Part shown: positions 60,868 to 64,000 of the stretch, piece after piece
How the letters are laid out: the number at the start of each line of letters is the position of its first letter
How positions within the stretch are numbered: the stretch's first letter is position 1
Origin: a bacterium
GTDB taxonomy: Bacteria; Patescibacteriota; Doudnabacteria; UBA920
Direction: 5' to 3'
Length of the DNA: 64,000 bases
Assembly (NCBI GenBank): GCA_016699995.1
Contig: CP064996.1
Span: 837,747-901,746 of the forward strand
Program-made: the position numbers and the translations under genes
Notes under the pieces: generated by a model
What the model saw: only the letters and a program-made list of their open reading frames with translations
What the model was told of the DNA's origin: nothing
Databases searched by the model: none

Positions 60868-61410
60868 ATGAGTGGACACAGTAAGTGGTCGACAATTAAA
60901 CGCGCCAAAGGGGCAGCCGATGCTAAAAGAGCAGTTATATTCGGTAAATTATCTAAAAAAATTAGTGTCGCCGCCCGGGAAGGCAACAGCGGGGATCCGA
61001 CCCATAACTTCCGATTGCGGGTAGAGGTGGACAAAGCCAAGGCTGCAGGAATGCCCAATGATAATATAGACAGAGCTATCAAAAAAGGCCTGGGGCTAGA
61101 TGGCAGTGCCCGTTTAGAAGAAGCTGTATACGAAGGCTATGGCCCAGGCGGATCTGCCTTTTATATAGAGGCAGTAACGGACAATAAAAACCGCACCGTT
61201 CAGAGCATTAAAACGATCTTCACCAGGAACAACGGGAATATGGGAGGTCAAGGCAGTGTAGCCTGGCAATTTAGCAAAAATAGCGAGGGAGAATTCGAAA
61301 GCAATCAGCCGCTTGAGCTGAGTGAAGAAGACTTAGCAAAGGCAGAAAAATTATACGACGCGCTGGAAAACGATGACGATGTTACTGCTGTCTATACAAA
61401 CATCGCCTAA
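60868..61410 (+). CDS. yebC: YebC/PmpR-family protein (short form)
   Basis: [29 protein letters not shown]; C-terminal [11 protein letters not shown]; shorter than typical YebC. Confidence 0.8.
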   Translation: MSGHSKWSTIKRAKGAADAKRAVIFGKLSKKISVAAREGNSGDPTHNFRLRVEVDKAKAAGMPNDNIDRAIKKGLGLDGSARLEEAVYEGYGPGGSAFYIEAVTDNKNRTVQSIKTIFTRNNGNMGGQGSVAWQFSKNSEGEFESNQPLELSEEDLAKAEKLYDALENDDDVTAVYTNIA

Positions 61411-61435
61411 CCCGCCGCCCGAAAACAAATATCTT

Positions 61436-61918
61436 ATGACCATCTTAGGAATCGATCCCGGTACTGCTACTACGGGATTTGGGATCATCAACCAAAATCA
61501 ATCCAAGAAATCTCAATACGACATTTTAGAATTTGGCGTGATCTCTACATCGAAAAAGGAATCCGACCAGGAGCGCTTAAAAACTCTTTACGAAGATTTA
61601 AATTTCTTGATAAAGAAATACAAGCCGAAAAAGTTGGGGGTAGAAAAATTATTTTTTACCACCAATCAAAAAACTGCAATGGCGGTAAGTCAAGCCAGGG
61701 GAGTAGTACTACTGGCTGCAGTTAATAATGGACTGGAAATATCTGAGTTCACCCCTCTTCAGGTAAAAAACATTTTATGCGGTTATGGCAAGGCAGACAA
61801 AAAGCAAGTGCAGTTTATGATCAAGCAAACCTTCGGTTTAAAAAATACCCCAAAACCGGACGATGCAGCCGATGCCTTAGCCATTGCCCTGTGTACAGCC
61901 TGGGCTCGGAGCAAATAA
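61436..61918 (+). CDS. ruvC: crossover junction endodeoxyribonuclease RuvC
   Basis: ILGIDPGTATTGFGII N-terminus; C-terminal DAADALAIALC; start taken at internal Met. Confidence 0.9.
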   Translation: MTILGIDPGTATTGFGIINQNQSKKSQYDILEFGVISTSKKESDQERLKTLYEDLNFLIKKYKPKKLGVEKLFFTTNQKTAMAVSQARGVVLLAAVNNGLEISEFTPLQVKNILCGYGKADKKQVQFMIKQTFGLKNTPKPDDAADALAIALCTAWARSK

Positions 61919-62059
61919 TCATAAAATTCTTTTCAAAAGGACTGGACAAAATAATTTATAAGTGTTATTATTCTCTTACAGTTCTGTTATTTGGGACTGC
62001 GTATTTTTTATAACTAATCGCTTTGGGTAACTTGTTACTTTAAAGCAGGGAGAACAAAC

Positions 62060-62206
62060 ATGTTCTTTGACGACGAAATGATGCAAGATGGCGCTATGCC
62101 AGCTGCTTCTGACGACACCGCTACCGAAGGTACTGAAGAAACTTCTAACGAGGAAACTCAAGAAGAAGTAGCTCCAGCTGCTGAAGGCGAAGGTTCTGAA
62201 GAATAA
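62060..62206 (+). CDS. candidate small acidic protein (48 aa, below the ORF-track cutoff)
   Basis: ATG preceded by GGGAG; MFFDDEMMQDGAMPAASDDTATEGTEETSNEETQEEVAPAAEGEGSEE; followed by hairpin terminator. Confidence 0.35.
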   Translation: MFFDDEMMQDGAMPAASDDTATEGTEETSNEETQEEVAPAAEGEGSEE

Positions 62207-62247
62207 AATAAAACCCTCAGTTTCTGGGGGTTTTATTTTTGTATCTA

Positions 62248-63462
62248 CTATTTTATTTTTACGAATTTCCGCTTACCAACCTGGATTATCAGGTTATTTT
62301 TTTTGCCTATGTCCATGACGGAATCCGTAAAAGTTTTTTGATTTACCTTAACGCCATTCTGCTCCAGCAAGCGGCGGGCTTCGCTTTTGCTAGCCGCTAA
62401 ACTCAGCTTAACCAACAGATCAGTAGTAGCGTACTTGCCGGCGGCCAAAGAAACTTCCCTTATTTCATCCGGCAATTCTTTATTGCTAAACTGCTTCACA
62501 AACTTTTCCTGTGCGGCAATTGCGGCCTTCTGTCCATGGTACATAGTTACAATTTCCGCAGCCAGCTGCATCTTGATAGTGCGCGGATTTTCGCCTCGCT
62601 TCAACGCTTTTTGCTTCGCATCAATTTCCTCCATACTTACTCGAGTGCAGTCTGTAAAAGTTTGAATGATTCCCTCGTCCGGCAACGCCATGACCTTGCC
62701 AAACATATTCTCGCTAGACTCATTTAACCCAATACCAGTTCCCAAACTCTTGCTCATCATCTTTTCCCCGGTAACAGGGTTTGTAAGCAAAGTTGTAGTC
62801 ACCACAAATTTTTCTTTGTTTTTATAACGCTTAAGCAGTGTTCGCCCGGCAAGCATGTTAAACGTCTGGTCTGTGCCGCCAATTTCCATATCCACGTCCA
62901 TTGCCACAGAATCATAACCTTGCATTAATGGGTAGAAGAATTCATGCACATACAAAGGCTTGTTATCCTTAATGCGCTTTTCGAACATATCTCTCTCTAA
63001 CATTTGTTGTACGCTAAAGTTAGATGCCAAATCGGTAAGATCCTCAAAGTTAAGCTTGGCTAGCCACTGGCTGTTAAATTTAAATTGTATCGGGTTCTTT
63101 TTGTCTTTGAAATTCAAAATCTTGCCGATCTGATCTTTAAAAGTTTTTAGATTATGAAGAACTTGTTTTTTAGTTAACCGAACACGGGCTGCGGACTTGT
63201 CTGTGGGATCGCCGATCATTGCAGTAAAATCACCAACTAATACAATAATCTGATGTCCTAGTTGATGCAATCTTCCTAGTAACAAGTAATTAGTAGAATG
63301 CCCCAAGTGAACATAATCAGCGGTTGCATCAATTCCTACATAGATAGTAAGACGCTTACCGGAGAGAAGCGCATCCCGAACGCTTTTTCTGCTTGGATAT
63401 AAAGAATCTATCGAGCGGGTTAGGATTTGATCTACTGTTTTTAGATCCGATTTTATTTTCAT
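62248..63462 (-). CDS. tyrS: tyrosine--tRNA ligase
   Basis: Class I motifs HLGH and KMMSKS; C-terminal S4-like domain. Confidence 0.85.
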   Translation of the reverse strand: MKIKSDLKTVDQILTRSIDSLYPSRKSVRDALLSGKRLTIYVGIDATADYVHLGHSTNYLLLGRLHQLGHQIIVLVGDFTAMIGDPTDKSAARVRLTKKQVLHNLKTFKDQIGKILNFKDKKNPIQFKFNSQWLAKLNFEDLTDLASNFSVQQMLERDMFEKRIKDNKPLYVHEFFYPLMQGYDSVAMDVDMEIGGTDQTFNMLAGRTLLKRYKNKEKFVVTTTLLTNPVTGEKMMSKSLGTGIGLNESSENMFGKVMALPDEGIIQTFTDCTRVSMEEIDAKQKALKRGENPRTIKMQLAAEIVTMYHGQKAAIAAQEKFVKQFSNKELPDEIREVSLAAGKYATTDLLVKLSLAASKSEARRLLEQNGVKVNQKTFTDSVMDIGKKNNLIIQVGKRKFVKIK

Positions 63463-63614
63463 ATAAGAGGTTACTAAAGGCCGATTAAGCCGTAAAATAT
63501 ACTTGAATTATAGCATTAATTAATACTTTCGAAACTCTTCGCTTATTTGAGCGTTATATTAATTACACTCTTCTTATTTAGCTTAAAAATCAGTATAATA
63601 ACAGTATTAATCTT

Positions 63615-64000
63615 ATGAAATTATATAACTTTTCTACATCGCCTAGAGAACCATCAAAACCAAAGAAAGACTGGAAGTTCAAAGATCTGTTTTCCAGAAA
63701 GGGTTGGAAAAAGCTTCCATGGTCCACTATCGGCACCTGGACGTTCCGAATTGGGGCGGCCGGGGTTTTGTTCATTGCTTTTCTATTTATTTACTACAGC
63801 CGCCAGCTGCCGGATCCAAACCGCTTGCTTGGTCGCAATGTACCTGAAAGCACTAAGATTTACGCTAAAGATGAGAGTTTGATTTACGAAGTCCATGGAG
63901 AAATCAAGCGTACCTTAGTTAACCTGGACCAAATTTCCCCTGACCTAAAAAATGCTACCATCGCAGCCGAAGATAAAAACTTCTACAAGCACTCTGGAAT
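63615..64000 (+). CDS. class A penicillin-binding protein (transglycosylase domain; partial, continues past window end)
   Basis: ATG at 63615; N-terminal TM anchor; glycosyltransferase motif AAEDKNFYKHSG at window edge; not in ORF track because no stop in window. Confidence 0.8.
   Translation, partial: MKLYNFSTSPREPSKPKKDWKFKDLFSRKGWKKLPWSTIGTWTFRIGAAGVLFIAFLFIYYSRQLPDPNRLLGRNVPESTKIYAKDESLIYEVHGEIKRTLVNLDQISPDLKNATIAAEDKNFYKHSG

Overview
AT-rich bacterial chromosomal window, read by eye on both strands. Gene content suggests a small-genome, CPR/Patescibacteria-like organism (inference only). Most of the window is housekeeping: ftsH (partial), galU, comM, lspA, recA, ftsK, hsp20, coaE, rnhB, rlmH, infB-rbfA-nrnA, htrA, rpsA, gyrA, rsmI, yebC-ruvC, tyrS, a partial class A PBP, and 11 tRNA genes. 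Three accessory regions stand out. (1) 1.8-6.3 kb: seven tandem paralogous genes for secreted proteins that share a C-terminal TrbC/VirB2-like pilin domain. (2) 22.5-32.6 kb: the strongest candidate for a novel system. A tightly packed minus-strand operon (XRE controller, HsdR-like nuclease-helicase, HsdM fused to one target-recognition domain, PHP-domain/Rad50-like ABC ATPase) is bounded by 397-bp near-identical inverted repeats. It abuts a large serine recombinase that is itself flanked by 134-bp inverted repeats and sits at the 3' end of tRNA-Ser. (3) 44.2-46.3 kb: a tRNA cluster with a group I intron in the tRNA-Phe anticodon loop and at least one LAGLIDADG homing endonuclease gene. Several genes show apparent reading-frame disruptions (hsp20 3' end, an APH-like kinase, the rnhB start). 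No rRNA genes or CRISPR arrays were seen. All coordinates for short RNA and regulatory features are hand-derived and approximate to a few nt.
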